The notes: generated by a model from the sequence alone, not told the origin. Shown: positions 46,243-56,960, counted from the first letter of the stretch. The stretch is DNA of 64,000 nucleotides from Oopsacas minuta (GCA_024704765.1 JAKMXF010000310.1:372001-436000); one strand, 5' to 3'. Translations and numbers: made by a program.

Positions 46243-48102
46243 CTAATAATAGTTAGGAACAGGATACTCTACTACATAACTGAGTAGGAATTTACGCTGA
46301 CTAGTGGGTTCAACCTGCATGTGCCACTCTAGATGATTCTTCTCATTCATTATCACACTCCCTCCTGACACACCCACCTTCACTCCCACTTTATCACACA
46401 CAGGTTCTATCAGATGCACCTTGACACGGTCATCCTGACTAACAGGTACACTCTCTACAATCTTGACAGAGACTAGTTTCTTCTTCGTGTTCTTAACACT
46501 CGTCACCTTGTTATACTCTTCACTAAGTGTTCCCTTTGATATCCAACCCGACTGATGAGACTGGAAACTGTCTCCAGTCTTGTAGCTCACTCTCACAAGC
46601 GGGTCTATTCCCAGAGAACAGCTGATCTCCTCGCCAGGTGACACACTATCCAGCTTAGACTTACAGATAAAGTTATTGTCCATGAATACAGAAGTAGGAC
46701 CACTAATCAGAGGATACTCACTCGTGTTGGTAGCCTTTGCTAGCAAATACACGTTTGTGTTCATTTCTGGTAAACATACATTCTCGAAAGTAGATTCCAG
46801 ATTTATTACAGTTACAGACACTTTATGCTCTGTACTGTCAGAAGGAATGCTAGCTGGTCTTTGTACATTGAATGTCTGAATGAACATTCCTGTCTGGACC
46901 TGACTTGTACTTACTTCTACAGCTTGCATCGGTGGAGCTTTAGGTAAGGCAGAACAAAACTCAATTTGTTTACTACCCTCTAACTCATCATCTATAGTTG
47001 GATCAAACATTGTCGGTATATAGTCCGTTTTCATACCCCGAAGCACTGGAGGATAGTAACGTGAAATATGATATGGCTGCAGTTCTGGAGGATTACCACC
47101 TTTGCTGGGAGTAGCAGTAGATAGAGATAGGTATGTATTGGACCAGTCCTCTCCTGTCCACTGCTTCACCTGTCCGAAGTATTGTACCTGTACACTACTA
47201 TCCTCAGTAGACACACGTAGATGGTAAAGAGAACTCCAGCTGGCATTAGTCACCATATAACTCACTAACACCTCAACACTCCTCTCACGATCTGATTCAA
47301 ACACTATTTCTACAGCTCGTACGTATTCATGTCCTACTCCCTTCTCCCTATCACCCTCTCCCACACGACCACCACTCCTCGCTTCATTCAGTGCAATTGT
47401 CTCTAGCTTCGTAACTACACTATTCAGCTGCTCTCTCAATGAGCTCACTCTCTTATCCAACTCATCTCGTCGTGAACAGCTGTACTCCACAAACTCTACA
47501 ACACACGATAGATGATCTCTAGTACTGGCTTGCTTCACTCGAGTCATTGCTTCCTCAGATGATCGTACCTTTTCATCCAGCAGCACTGCATTCATTTTAC
47601 TCAGCAAATTCAGCAGTCTCTTCAACACACTTATCTTCCTCTCTATCATTACCTTCTCACGCTTCAGCTGATCACTTTCTGACATTGATACTGACAAGCT
47701 CACCTTATCAATCTCTCCTCCTCCTGTCTCAGTCATTTCTTCTTCAAACTCCACACGATACTGAGAATTGTATACTACATCAGTAATCTGTACCACACCC
47801 TCTGTCACATCTGTCTTCTGCTTCCCTCCCTTCAGCTCAACACGGACAGAATCAGGGTCTATCACTTCAGGGAACCCCACAACCGTTACTGTGTTCTCTC
47901 CCTCAGCCAGACAGCAAGACAAGTCTCTTCTTACTTCTGCTTGATCCTGGTACACTACTACACGAGAGAACGTACATTCACTTAGCTTAACTCTTTTGCT
48001 CTTCTCCCTCCCTTCTGTAGCAGCTGTTATTCTCTCTTTATTCTTCTTATCAGTTAGAGTATCTACAGATATTTCTTTCAATACGTCTGATAGTGTAGCC
48101 AT
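46243..48102 (-). CDS. DUF4140/DUF4139 protein (F37C4.5 / MuiA-like family), single exon
   Basis: SRVVVYQDQAEVRR, SYMVTNASWSSLY, VKQWTGEDWSNTYLSLSTATPS, IPSDSTEHKV, SGPTSVFMDNNFI, SLGIDPLVRV. Confidence 0.85.
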   Translation of the reverse strand: MATLSDVLKEISVDTLTDKKNKERITAATEGREKSKRVKLSECTFSRVVVYQDQAEVRRDLSCCLAEGENTVTVVGFPEVIDPDSVRVELKGGKQKTDVTEGVVQITDVVYNSQYRVEFEEEMTETGGGEIDKVSLSVSMSESDQLKREKVMIERKISVLKRLLNLLSKMNAVLLDEKVRSSEEAMTRVKQASTRDHLSCVVEFVEYSCSRRDELDKRVSSLREQLNSVVTKLETIALNEARSGGRVGEGDREKGVGHEYVRAVEIVFESDRERSVEVLVSYMVTNASWSSLYHLRVSTEDSSVQVQYFGQVKQWTGEDWSNTYLSLSTATPSKGGNPPELQPYHISRYYPPVLRGMKTDYIPTMFDPTIDDELEGSKQIEFCSALPKAPPMQAVEVSTSQVQTGMFIQTFNVQRPASIPSDSTEHKVSVTVINLESTFENVCLPEMNTNVYLLAKATNTSEYPLISGPTSVFMDNNFICKSKLDSVSPGEEISCSLGIDPLVRVSYKTGDSFQSHQSGWISKGTLSEEYNKVTSVKNTKKKLVSVKIVESVPVSQDDRVKVHLIEPVCDKVGVKVGVSGGSVIMNEKNHLEWHMQVEPTSQRKFLLSYVVEYPVPNYY

Positions 48103-48192
48103 AGTCTAGAGATTAGACTTCAAATATTAAAATCATGACCTTTCTTTGATAAAGAACAAAGAGATAAGTTGTAAACAACATTTGAGCTGAAA

Positions 48193-50769
48193 TTAATTAT
48201 AATTAGCGAACATACATTCAAATCTCAATATATCAATACAAGAGAGATCAACTCTCCTCCATAGCCCCCCACAGAAACAAGACCTGTTCCAGGACTGTTT
48301 CAGGAGTACCACTTCTTCTGAGGGTCCCTGGTTGTTATCCAGACACTGAGTTAACTTTCTGCAGTTAGTACACTGAAGCAGTCCCTCCTCCCAGTGCTTT
48401 TGTTCCAATTTGATATGATTGATGACGTCATATTGTGAAGAAGGTATTTCTCCAATCCAAGGAGGAGACAGCTGTCTGGGTACTTCAAGCAGTAGGAGAC
48501 TGATTGGGTCCAGTATGTTTAGGTATGGTAGAATATTCTGGGATATAGAGGGACTCCTGGCCTGGTAGTATAGCTGAGGTAGTTCCTCTGCTGATATACC
48601 CCATGTGAGTGTTTGCAGGGGTGGAGCTGATGACGTAGTGAATATTACAGGCTCATTAAGAGGCAGCATTAGGCCATCAAGTATCTCTGCAGGAACCAGG
48701 CTTCTAGACGGCTGCAGAGACTGTAATACTCGTGAAATTGCTATGAATAAGTGAGGCAATAGGTCCTGACTCTCTGGCTTGGTAGCGACGGGGGAGAGTC
48801 TTGGGTATAGTTTAGACCAGATTCCCACCAAGACCAGAAGTTCTTGTAACTCCCTCCATATGTAGAACTCGTGGGGAGGGAAGTTAACTAGAGAGGCGAT
48901 AGGACCAACAACCTCATTCAGAGCTAAGAGAGCCTGATCAACTATAAATGCAAGTTCATTCTTCACATTCATCCCTCCAGCACAGGTGAATTCCTTAGTC
49001 TCAAACTTCTCAATAACTACATTCAAGTCAGGCTCCTGTGAAGATTCCAGCTGCTTCCTGAGCTGATGGGAGGGCCAATTCTCAGAGGGACACGCGTGTG
49101 AGTTAGGTCCCAGCAGGGTACGGAGGTACTGCCCAGTAATGAGGAGGCGGATCTGGTTGTGGAGAGAACACACTTGTTGGTAGGAGTCTATCAGAGTAGA
49201 GAGGAGAGTAGCTTTCAGGGACAAGAATCGAGGACGATAAATCTCTCTGAACTCAGAGGACTCCGCATGGAACCTGGCTTCTAATTCTGACGTCAGAGGC
49301 AGTATATCTTTATCTCCTCGTATACCAGTACAGATAGCGAGATCCCAGTGGGAGCGATCAGCCAGGAGACAGTACCAGAAGCGCTGAGCCATCAAGCTAG
49401 GTCCTGATATACTGCTGTCTGGGGGCGTGTTCAGTCCCAAGTTGATAATGTGGATATTCAGTGAGGAGAGATCTAGTATTACTGACAGACAGCTGTTAGG
49501 TGAAATTGATAAGACAGGCCAACCACTCTGTAAGTCTATTTTCTGGTACTTTACTCCTGGGGTCTTATGTTCTTCTTTGGTAGTGCTAGCCGAGGTGTGA
49601 GGGAGTTTACGAGACATGAGGAGTTCTCCGGTGGAGGAGTGAACTGCGTGAAGTTCTCCAACAGGAGAGAGATACATTAGGGAGGGGTATGTATCTCTCT
49701 GGGAGACAGAGGGGACCAGATAGAAACTCCTAGAGAAGAGTAGAGGCTGAAGAGAGGGGAGAGGTACTCTGGTAGGAGTTGTTGTGACAGAAGTCTGTTC
49801 TCCCTCAGAGGAACTAATCCTGAAATTATTAATCTCCAAACAACCGTTAGAAGCAGAGCATATGAGTATCTCAGGAGTGAGGAGAGGATCTATGAGGAAC
49901 ATTTTGAGGATATTTCCTCTTATCATCAGCTGATGAGATAACAGGTGATTAATAGAGATATGTCTGTTTGATTCAGACGGAGAGAAGGAACCAGTAAGAT
50001 GGTACAGAGACAACAAACCCCTCTCAGTCAGGGAGTAGAGACAGAATCCACAAGAGTCACTACGTCCTAGCACAGCTGTTATCGGAGGACCCTGACTCAC
50101 ATCTATTCTCCCGCGTAAAGTAGTCCAGCCAGAATCTAAGAAATCAGTGACGTCTGTAATAGCAGAAATGTAGTTGCTTAATGATTGGAGATTGTACTTG
50201 GTGTCTGAGGACACAACTCCTTCCATCTTCTTGGAAACGGTAATTTCTCCAGTTTGTGTCAATCCTACCAGAGTTCCCTCCAAACAATCATCAAGATTTA
50301 GTTTCACAACCTGTAGCAATACCAGCTGGTCCTTGAAACACAGTCCTTTCAAACGTTCCCAGCTCCATTTGTTAACCACGTGCTGTTCCATCAGTCCGCA
50401 AAGCAGATTCCCGTCCTGACACAGCACAAACAGAGACCCGTATCTATCCCAAAACATGTCTATGACCTGACCAGACTGAGCAGGTATATTAACCTGCATA
50501 AAATCCCATGGTGCCTGAGGAGAGAATAAAAATATGTCACAAGAGTTGTTGGGGATAGAATGTGAGGGTAGAGTGACGTCATGAGGAACAGGAGCAGAGA
50601 ATGCAATAATGTTAGAGGAATGCCAGGCTATGACAGGTGTAGTCAGTAGCTGTTGGGCTAGTACAGGTGAAGCAGGTTGTGTTGCAGGTTGAATTGGTTG
50701 TAATAATCTGTATATTACATTCTTTTGGAGTATAGTGGTTGTTATGATTCTACTAGGATCCTTTATCAT
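48193..50769 (-). CDS. MED16: Mediator subunit 16, single exon
   Basis: N-terminal WD-like IAWHSSNIIAFS..PWDF..WDRYGS..VVNKWS; RFWYCLL..HWDL; C-terminal CTNC...SWNRSCFCGGLWRRV. Confidence 0.87.
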   Translation of the reverse strand: MIKDPSRIITTTILQKNVIYRLLQPIQPATQPASPVLAQQLLTTPVIAWHSSNIIAFSAPVPHDVTLPSHSIPNNSCDIFLFSPQAPWDFMQVNIPAQSGQVIDMFWDRYGSLFVLCQDGNLLCGLMEQHVVNKWSWERLKGLCFKDQLVLLQVVKLNLDDCLEGTLVGLTQTGEITVSKKMEGVVSSDTKYNLQSLSNYISAITDVTDFLDSGWTTLRGRIDVSQGPPITAVLGRSDSCGFCLYSLTERGLLSLYHLTGSFSPSESNRHISINHLLSHQLMIRGNILKMFLIDPLLTPEILICSASNGCLEINNFRISSSEGEQTSVTTTPTRVPLPSLQPLLFSRSFYLVPSVSQRDTYPSLMYLSPVGELHAVHSSTGELLMSRKLPHTSASTTKEEHKTPGVKYQKIDLQSGWPVLSISPNSCLSVILDLSSLNIHIINLGLNTPPDSSISGPSLMAQRFWYCLLADRSHWDLAICTGIRGDKDILPLTSELEARFHAESSEFREIYRPRFLSLKATLLSTLIDSYQQVCSLHNQIRLLITGQYLRTLLGPNSHACPSENWPSHQLRKQLESSQEPDLNVVIEKFETKEFTCAGGMNVKNELAFIVDQALLALNEVVGPIASLVNFPPHEFYIWRELQELLVLVGIWSKLYPRLSPVATKPESQDLLPHLFIAISRVLQSLQPSRSLVPAEILDGLMLPLNEPVIFTTSSAPPLQTLTWGISAEELPQLYYQARSPSISQNILPYLNILDPISLLLLEVPRQLSPPWIGEIPSSQYDVINHIKLEQKHWEEGLLQCTNCRKLTQCLDNNQGPSEEVVLLKQSWNRSCFCGGLWRRVDLSCIDILRFECMFANYN

Positions 50770-51283
50770 ATTTACTATGTAGGATGGAGGATAACTTGAC
50801 CGTAGTAGCAGTCAGATTTGTAAGGTAAAAATATAGTGAACATAGATCTATCTTACAAGAAATCTCACTATTATTCTGTTTTCAAATTCACCAGCTCAGA
50901 TGCCTTCCCAACTAGTGGATAATTTGAGATTGGGAGTGGATCTATCTCCTTCTCTCCATTCGTACTAAATAGTACATACTATACTATACTACTTAATTAA
51001 CACAAAATTACTATTCGATCATAATATTGCTACTTATGAGAAAAGCAAAATGTGATATACCCTACAATTCTTTGCATTCTTTCAAATATGAGTTTAGGAA
51101 AGAAAGTGTGGCATAATATTTTATATTTTATAATTCCTTAGAAAATATTTAGAAAATCGTTTTAGACAGAGATTGTTGTCTAAATCATTATCAATTACTA
51201 TCATTGTTATTCAAGGGAGGTGCTCGACCACCCATTGCGCGCTCCTGGATAGTGGATACGCCACTAAGTATATACAGTTGAAA

Positions 51284-51369
51284 CCGGTGTCATAGTGCCA
51301 CAAGTCCGGGGGGGGACATCTGACCCTAGTGCCAGAAGTCCGAGGGGACAGATGGCACTACAACACCGG
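51284..51369. mobile_element. 86-bp MITE-like element
   Basis: CCGGTGTCATAGTGCCA and TGGCACTACAACACCGG inverted ends; internal direct repeat AGTGCCA.AAGTCCG.GGGG; TSD unclear. Confidence 0.5.
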
Positions 51370-51536
51370 ATTACATTGGACTAAAATTTCTAGCCGTGTA
51401 CTTACCTAATCTATGTAAATTAAACTAAAAATTTGAAATCAGATCTCACAGTTTATAGCTTTAGACAACAAAATTGTATAATTACTATAACAAAAGACAT
51501 CCCTAACAAACATATAAGTAACAACTATGAATACAT

Positions 51537-52094
51537 TCACACAGCATTGTCCACGCTGGCAACTAAATCTTTCAGACTCTCCAATTCCTTCAAGAATTCC
51601 TTTTCTCTAGAGATTTTCTCTATTTGAGTACCTTCCAGTTTTACTCCTGATTTTTGTCTAGCTTTTAGTTTGTTTATATCTTTGAGTTTCCGTTCAATAT
51701 TTTTGATAGATTTCTCAGCTATAGAAGGCTCTGAAACATCAGATTTAGTTACCTTCGGTTTGATTAGTCCTGCTTCTATTAACATTTCTTGTACTTGATC
51801 TTTTCTGTTTTGGTAATCACTCATGTCTTGTATCTTCCAAATTAAAGTGCGTATTTGTTGAGCTTTCTTGCTCTCTCCGTTCTGTATAGCAGTCTCTTTA
51901 CATTCTTTCAGAAATACCAGTGGATCTAATTGTCCTATATCTCTCAAAGAGTTGTTGCTAGCCATTATACTATTGTACATATACATAACAGGTCAAACTT
52001 GTTTATATAGGATTCTAACCTACCCGGTACGGGAAATTTCCAGGAGACCCAGGTGCATAACCAGAGTATACTCGGACATATCCTGGTGCGCCAT
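51537..52094 (-). CDS. Unknown 167-aa protein with a C-terminal PYM/eIF2A-type helical motif, 2 exons
   Basis: Exon 52094-52024, 54-bp GT..AG intron, exon 51969-51537, in frame. C-terminus KSIKNIERKLKDINKLK..SGVKLEGTQIEKISREKEFLKEL. Confidence 0.6.
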
Positions 52095-52481
52095 ACAATG
52101 GATATTAAATTATATTTATCTAATAAGGTTCATAATAGTCGATTGAAAAGGTGTTTTGAAGTCTCTATTTCGATTGGCTCAGTTCACGGCCCTAACTTAA
52201 AGCGTCTGGGTGAGGATTAATCCCAGTTGGGGGTCTCATATATGATAGACCAGGCCCCCGAGAAGCAAAGCCAACTGGCATAGCATAAATGTTACACCCA
52301 TGAAGCCGGGTAAACGAGGTATCTATTATCTTATTATCTATTAATAAAGCATTGTGTATATACACATATTTTAGAATATATAGTTGGGCAATAAATTAGA
52401 GCCTAAATATCAACAGTTTCAGCGCATAGATTAGGTACGCGCTGAGTACGAGCTGAACTAAGGTCAAAAGGTTTGTGTTTA

Positions 52482-52900
52482 TCTATATTAATAAATCTCA
52501 ATTGTTGTTTGTCTGTCTGTTTGTTTTCAAGGAAAGGATTTACGGTATGCAATTTTGAAATTGTCACATAACTATGTATTTATTGTGTTTATTAAGTAAA
52601 TAGAATTCAATAAAACTTCACTAAATATATCGAACATGCTGAATCCGATTTTCACACGTATGGATTGATCATATGTAAATTTATTGTTGTTTTTATGAAT
52701 ATAAAGCAAACAAATTCAAAATTGAGGTAGAATCATCCTTTCAACGACTATACTGGTATACTCGAGTATGCTGAGTCTGAATATTGTAAACAACATCAAT
52801 ATTATTAAATCTCAATTGTTGTTTGTGCTTGTTTCTCCGTTGAATACCTCGAGGCGCAATGCGCCAAGTTCATCGCGAAACGACGAGCCAAAGGCTCGTT
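52482..52900 (+). mobile_element. Helitron-like repeat, apparently full-length copy
   Basis: A|TCTATATTAATAAATCTCAATTGTTG start and CGAGCC-aaa-GGCTCG end; collinear with 20496-20956. Confidence 0.75.
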
Positions 52901-53345
52901 ATCATGAATATTACCATCTTATGCCAGATATGTGAGGCCGTCACTGGAAAATTTGTCCCCTCGCGATAGAGGCCGACCTGGTGCCTAAACAAGGCGTGAA
53001 AGTGGGTATATCTGGCCCGGACCAAAAGTCAGGGGAACCAATATTTCTTGACAAAATCTGGTGTAGACTTCCTTCATACAGAACTTCGCCGTTCCGTGAA
53101 ATAGAGAAGGCCTGTTCTTTTTGTGATTGTGCCCATTGAAATTCTTGAAATTTTATAGTTACGCTAGTGAAAATATAATTATAGGCATAGCATTTATGAA
53201 AGATTTTAACAATAATAAACAAAAATTTCGTAATAATTGTTGATAAAGAAACAAAAATCAAATTCACATTATTGTAAATGACAATAATTTCCAGCGCGCA
53301 CTGAGTACTTCTTAAAATCTCATATATATACATATTAATAGCGGT

Positions 53346-53834
53346 TTAATAATATAGATGTGTATCTGTGTTAGCTAGGAATTTACTGATTAATACTAAC
53401 TGATCTGTAATTAATCCCTGTATAGTGCTGAGTATAAACTTCTCTTTTAGCTTTTCCTCAGGACTAAGTTCCGAGTATTCATCTGCTTTTGGTAACAAAC
53501 AATTTGATTCTGTTTGAGTAGGGGAAATATAGAATGATGGGCGGCCAGGAAAAAGGCAGGGAACAGCTCCATCTTTCAGTTTAGGTCTATAACGAGGTAC
53601 TTCTGTAAATGTACCGTCTCCAAAGGGGACTCTATGTGTGTATTCTATATCAGCCTCCAGGAAGTGTTTTATACATACTCGTACTGTCAGGAGCCTTTCT
53701 ATGTCTTCTCTATCAATAGCGAGTGTCCATGCTTGTTTCAATTCGGGTGGATGTTCTGGCATCTTGAATATTGGAATCCTATCGTCAGATTTGTAATTAC
53801 TTCTACACCCTATGGCGGAACAGCTGCTTGGCAT
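53346..53834 (-). CDS. THAP-domain protein (possibly transposon-derived)
   Basis: MPSSCSAIGC..IFKMP..AW..RVCIKHF..LKDGAVPCLF: complete C2CH finger and AVP box; no transposase catalytic domain follows. Confidence 0.75.
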   Translation of the reverse strand: MPSSCSAIGCRSNYKSDDRIPIFKMPEHPPELKQAWTLAIDREDIERLLTVRVCIKHFLEADIEYTHRVPFGDGTFTEVPRYRPKLKDGAVPCLFPGRPSFYISPTQTESNCLLPKADEYSELSPEEKLKEKFILSTIQGLITDQLVLISKFLANTDTHLYY

Positions 53835-54068
53835 ATTATAGGCAGAGAATATAATTCTCACTAAAAGAATTGTTAATTCATGATGCATGGTAAATAATTG
53901 GAAAATAAGAGACCTCGCCCTACGATAAGTCACAATTTGTCTACTAATAAAAGGAACTTATAATCATCTGAATCTGCCAAAATGATAAAATCCAACTATA
54001 GAAATGTTACATAGAACATTAGCACGGTTAAATTTAGCATATTCTTTTTATGGCAACTGCTCTAACTA

Positions 54069-54359
54069 CAGTGGCGTAGCTAAGCACGGGCCTGCCGGGC
54101 CTGTGCCCGGGCAACTTCTCTCTGTGCCCAGGCAATCTCTAGATGATGTCGTTACTAAATTCGGTGAATTACATAAAAATAGGAGAATAATTTTAGCATA
54201 AATAGATGCATGCGTTTCATTGTATTACACAGTGACGTATATAATTGATTATTGGTTGGCAATTAGTAGTTACTGATATAATAATTCCAAGGCCTAATAA
54301 AAAGCACTTTATGTTGGGTATAGTGCCCGGGCAATCATGTTGGGCTGGCTACGCCACTG
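54069..54359. mobile_element. hAT-type MITE
   Basis: TIR CAGTGGCGTAGC / GCTACGCCACTG; perfect 8-bp TSD TCTAACTA; subterminal GTGCCCGGGCAA at both ends. Confidence 0.9.
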
Positions 54360-55299
54360 TCTAACTACCATAAACTTTATACACTTTGGGTGATATATTT
54401 AGGAGGCTACGATAAAGTCCCGTCCCGTATATTAGCATCTGCATTTACCGGGAACGTCACGTCACGTCCCAGAAATTAGGGAGCAAGAGTGTTGTCAAAT
54501 CACCAACAATAGAAATTAAGTTTTCAATAGGCTTCAAGACTTGGGACATCGCTTCACGGGGCAATCGCGCTCCAATACTCGCTACGCTCGTCCGCTGGTT
54601 AAAAAATTAAAGAAGTCAGGGGGATGTCGTTTTTCTTTGTTCTATACTCGATTACATTTTATTGAAATTTGTAGAGTACCTAAACTATTTATGTTAAAAA
54701 GTCAGGTTATCACATGTATACTCTGAAAATTAGTTATGCTGGAAATGAGGAAAGCAAATGTAAGGGACATGCTGCAACGCGAATTGCTACGTTTCAAGCA
54801 GGTAACATGTCAAAAGATAAAGGATTGCAGTCCTTTACTCACACAGGAAGGTGACTTTCAACATACACCCCAAGTGACCATGACCAGCATTTGTAGCGAT
54901 AGCTTGTGTTACGAAATTTAAATTATTCATGAAAATTAGTATATTTTACCACTCAATGTTAGGTTATCCTTACTTGCCTATACTTTGCAATAAACCGTAA
55001 TAGCGGTATGATGACCAGCATATGGAAGTGCTATTTTGGGGTCTATGCTTTCAATCGTAGCCAATAGGTAAATCACACAGTTAATTAATAAAAGTGTAGA
55101 TAAAGTCAATTCCCACTCAAGACTCTGAAATAGCTGCCAATATTGAAGACATACACAAGCGCTAGTAGAATTCTATCATGGCTAACACTGTCTTCAGGTA
55201 ATTCAATACTAATTTGTAAAACTATTATACACATATAGTGACGGAGCAAAAGACTTAGTCAACATTAGCCGCCCAGTAATTAACCACAAGAACACTATA

Positions 55300-56960
55300 C
55301 ATCCTGCGCAAGCAAAGCCATCAGAGACCTAATCACTCCATCCTTACCTCACCCAAGATATCTTCGAGACAATCAGCGAACTAAGCAAGCCAGGACCACC
55401 TGAGCACATATACACTGCGGACATCGAAACTTTCTACCCCAACACACCGCATGACCTCGTCCTTGCAGACTTTTACCATTTCGTACCAGGACACGAACGA
55501 GAAATGAGAATTCTACAAGAACTACTAAAATTTAATTCTACAACAAACGGAGACGAATTCTTCCATCTGGGAAACATCGGAATTCCAATGGGACTTCCAC
55601 TAGCTCCAGAACTAGCAAGACTCTGCACCGCATATCTGCTCACTACCTGCAGGAAAAGTTCTAACAATCTACTTTGATGACCTAGCTACCACCTATCCAA
55701 TCATGGACCTACCTCTAGGGCCCTACAACCACAAAGAGGGGGCGCTGCATTAGGTCGAATTTAAAATGTATGCATTAGGTCGAATTAAGATGTTGTGATA
55801 GATCGAATTTATTTTAGCTATGTTGTCGATAGATCGATAGAGAAAATGGATTTATAGAAACGAGGACGTGATAGGACATTTTATTGTATTAGTTATAAAC
55901 CCGTACCATTGGGAGGGGATTAGGGATTTTGTTCACTACCTTATCGGTCTGGGAGTTTTCATTTGTACTCGTTATTAAGCCACTTAGGGGCGGGGATGTG
56001 GAGTCCTTGCTAATTTTGTGTCTGATAACCTTTGTTGGATTAATTACTAGAAAAGTTTACATAATGGGGGATCGCTGGATTTTTTGCTTTTAAAACGTTT
56101 GTGCAGGCTTTTTAGAAATTTAAGGAAGCATTCAATGTTTCTCAAAATATGAATTGGCCTTAGAAAAGAGATTTTCATAGCCAATATACTTTCGCTCTAT
56201 CGACAACATAGCTAAAATTGATTTCTACCTAATGCATGCGCTCCGAATTCCACTTAATGTAAACAATGAAATTCGACTTTATGCCCACACACGGAATTCG
56301 ACCTAATGCATGCGCCCCCTCAAAGAGACTGAAGCCAACGCAACCTAAGATTGCAAATATGACACCACAACACACACATTCAAACCTATAACACAGCAAT
56401 TTCACCAACCAGTGCTCCTACATCACCAGTTGCAACCACTAGAAATAACGGACTACCAACTGATCCCAAACATCCCACTTGCACCACTAAAAGGCCAACT
56501 TTCCTACCAGATGCCAAAATCAACTCACAATCACAACTTCATACACTGCCTACATATAGGTGTATAATGTGCTATTCTTATGAAACGCTGATCTCAGCAC
56601 ATCTGTCAGTGCCAGTAATCCCCTGTACGAGGCTCCGAATGTTATACCTGCTCCATTATGGAAAAGATGCAAACGGGAACCCAAACAGCCTTCACGTAAT
56701 GATAGGAATCGCAAACACGGAATTAGCTACACTAAAATACGCGGAATAGTACGACACAGTGAAAAGGCAACTGGGCGAAGCAAGTAGCAAGTCATAACCC
56801 TCTACCCTAGCACGTACAGCACACGATTTAACTGCCAAGACACAAAGGAAGTAGAATGGAGAAGAAAACTGAGGAAAATCAACAAAGACTACATAATACA
56901 CAACAAAACAACAATGGACAAATTCAACAATAAACAAAACCCCACAAACCTTGTAAACAA
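55300..56960 (+). mobile_element. Penelope-like retroelement remnant (reverse transcriptase)
   Basis: HIYTADIETFYPNTPH, GIPMGLPLAPELARL and IYFDDL in shifting frames; strongly A/C-rich coding strand; split by the 55737-56320 insertion. Confidence 0.75.
55737..56320. mobile_element. MITE with AGGGGGCGC termini inserted in the Penelope RT
   Basis: TIR AGGGGGCGC-TGCATTAGGTCGAATT / AATTCGACCTAATGCATGCGCCCCCT; CAAAG duplicated on both sides. Confidence 0.75.

Noticed and set aside
51537-51986. Naming this gene PYM1/WIBG
   Set aside because: The N-terminal Mago-Y14-binding motif (RPDGTWRK-like) is absent.
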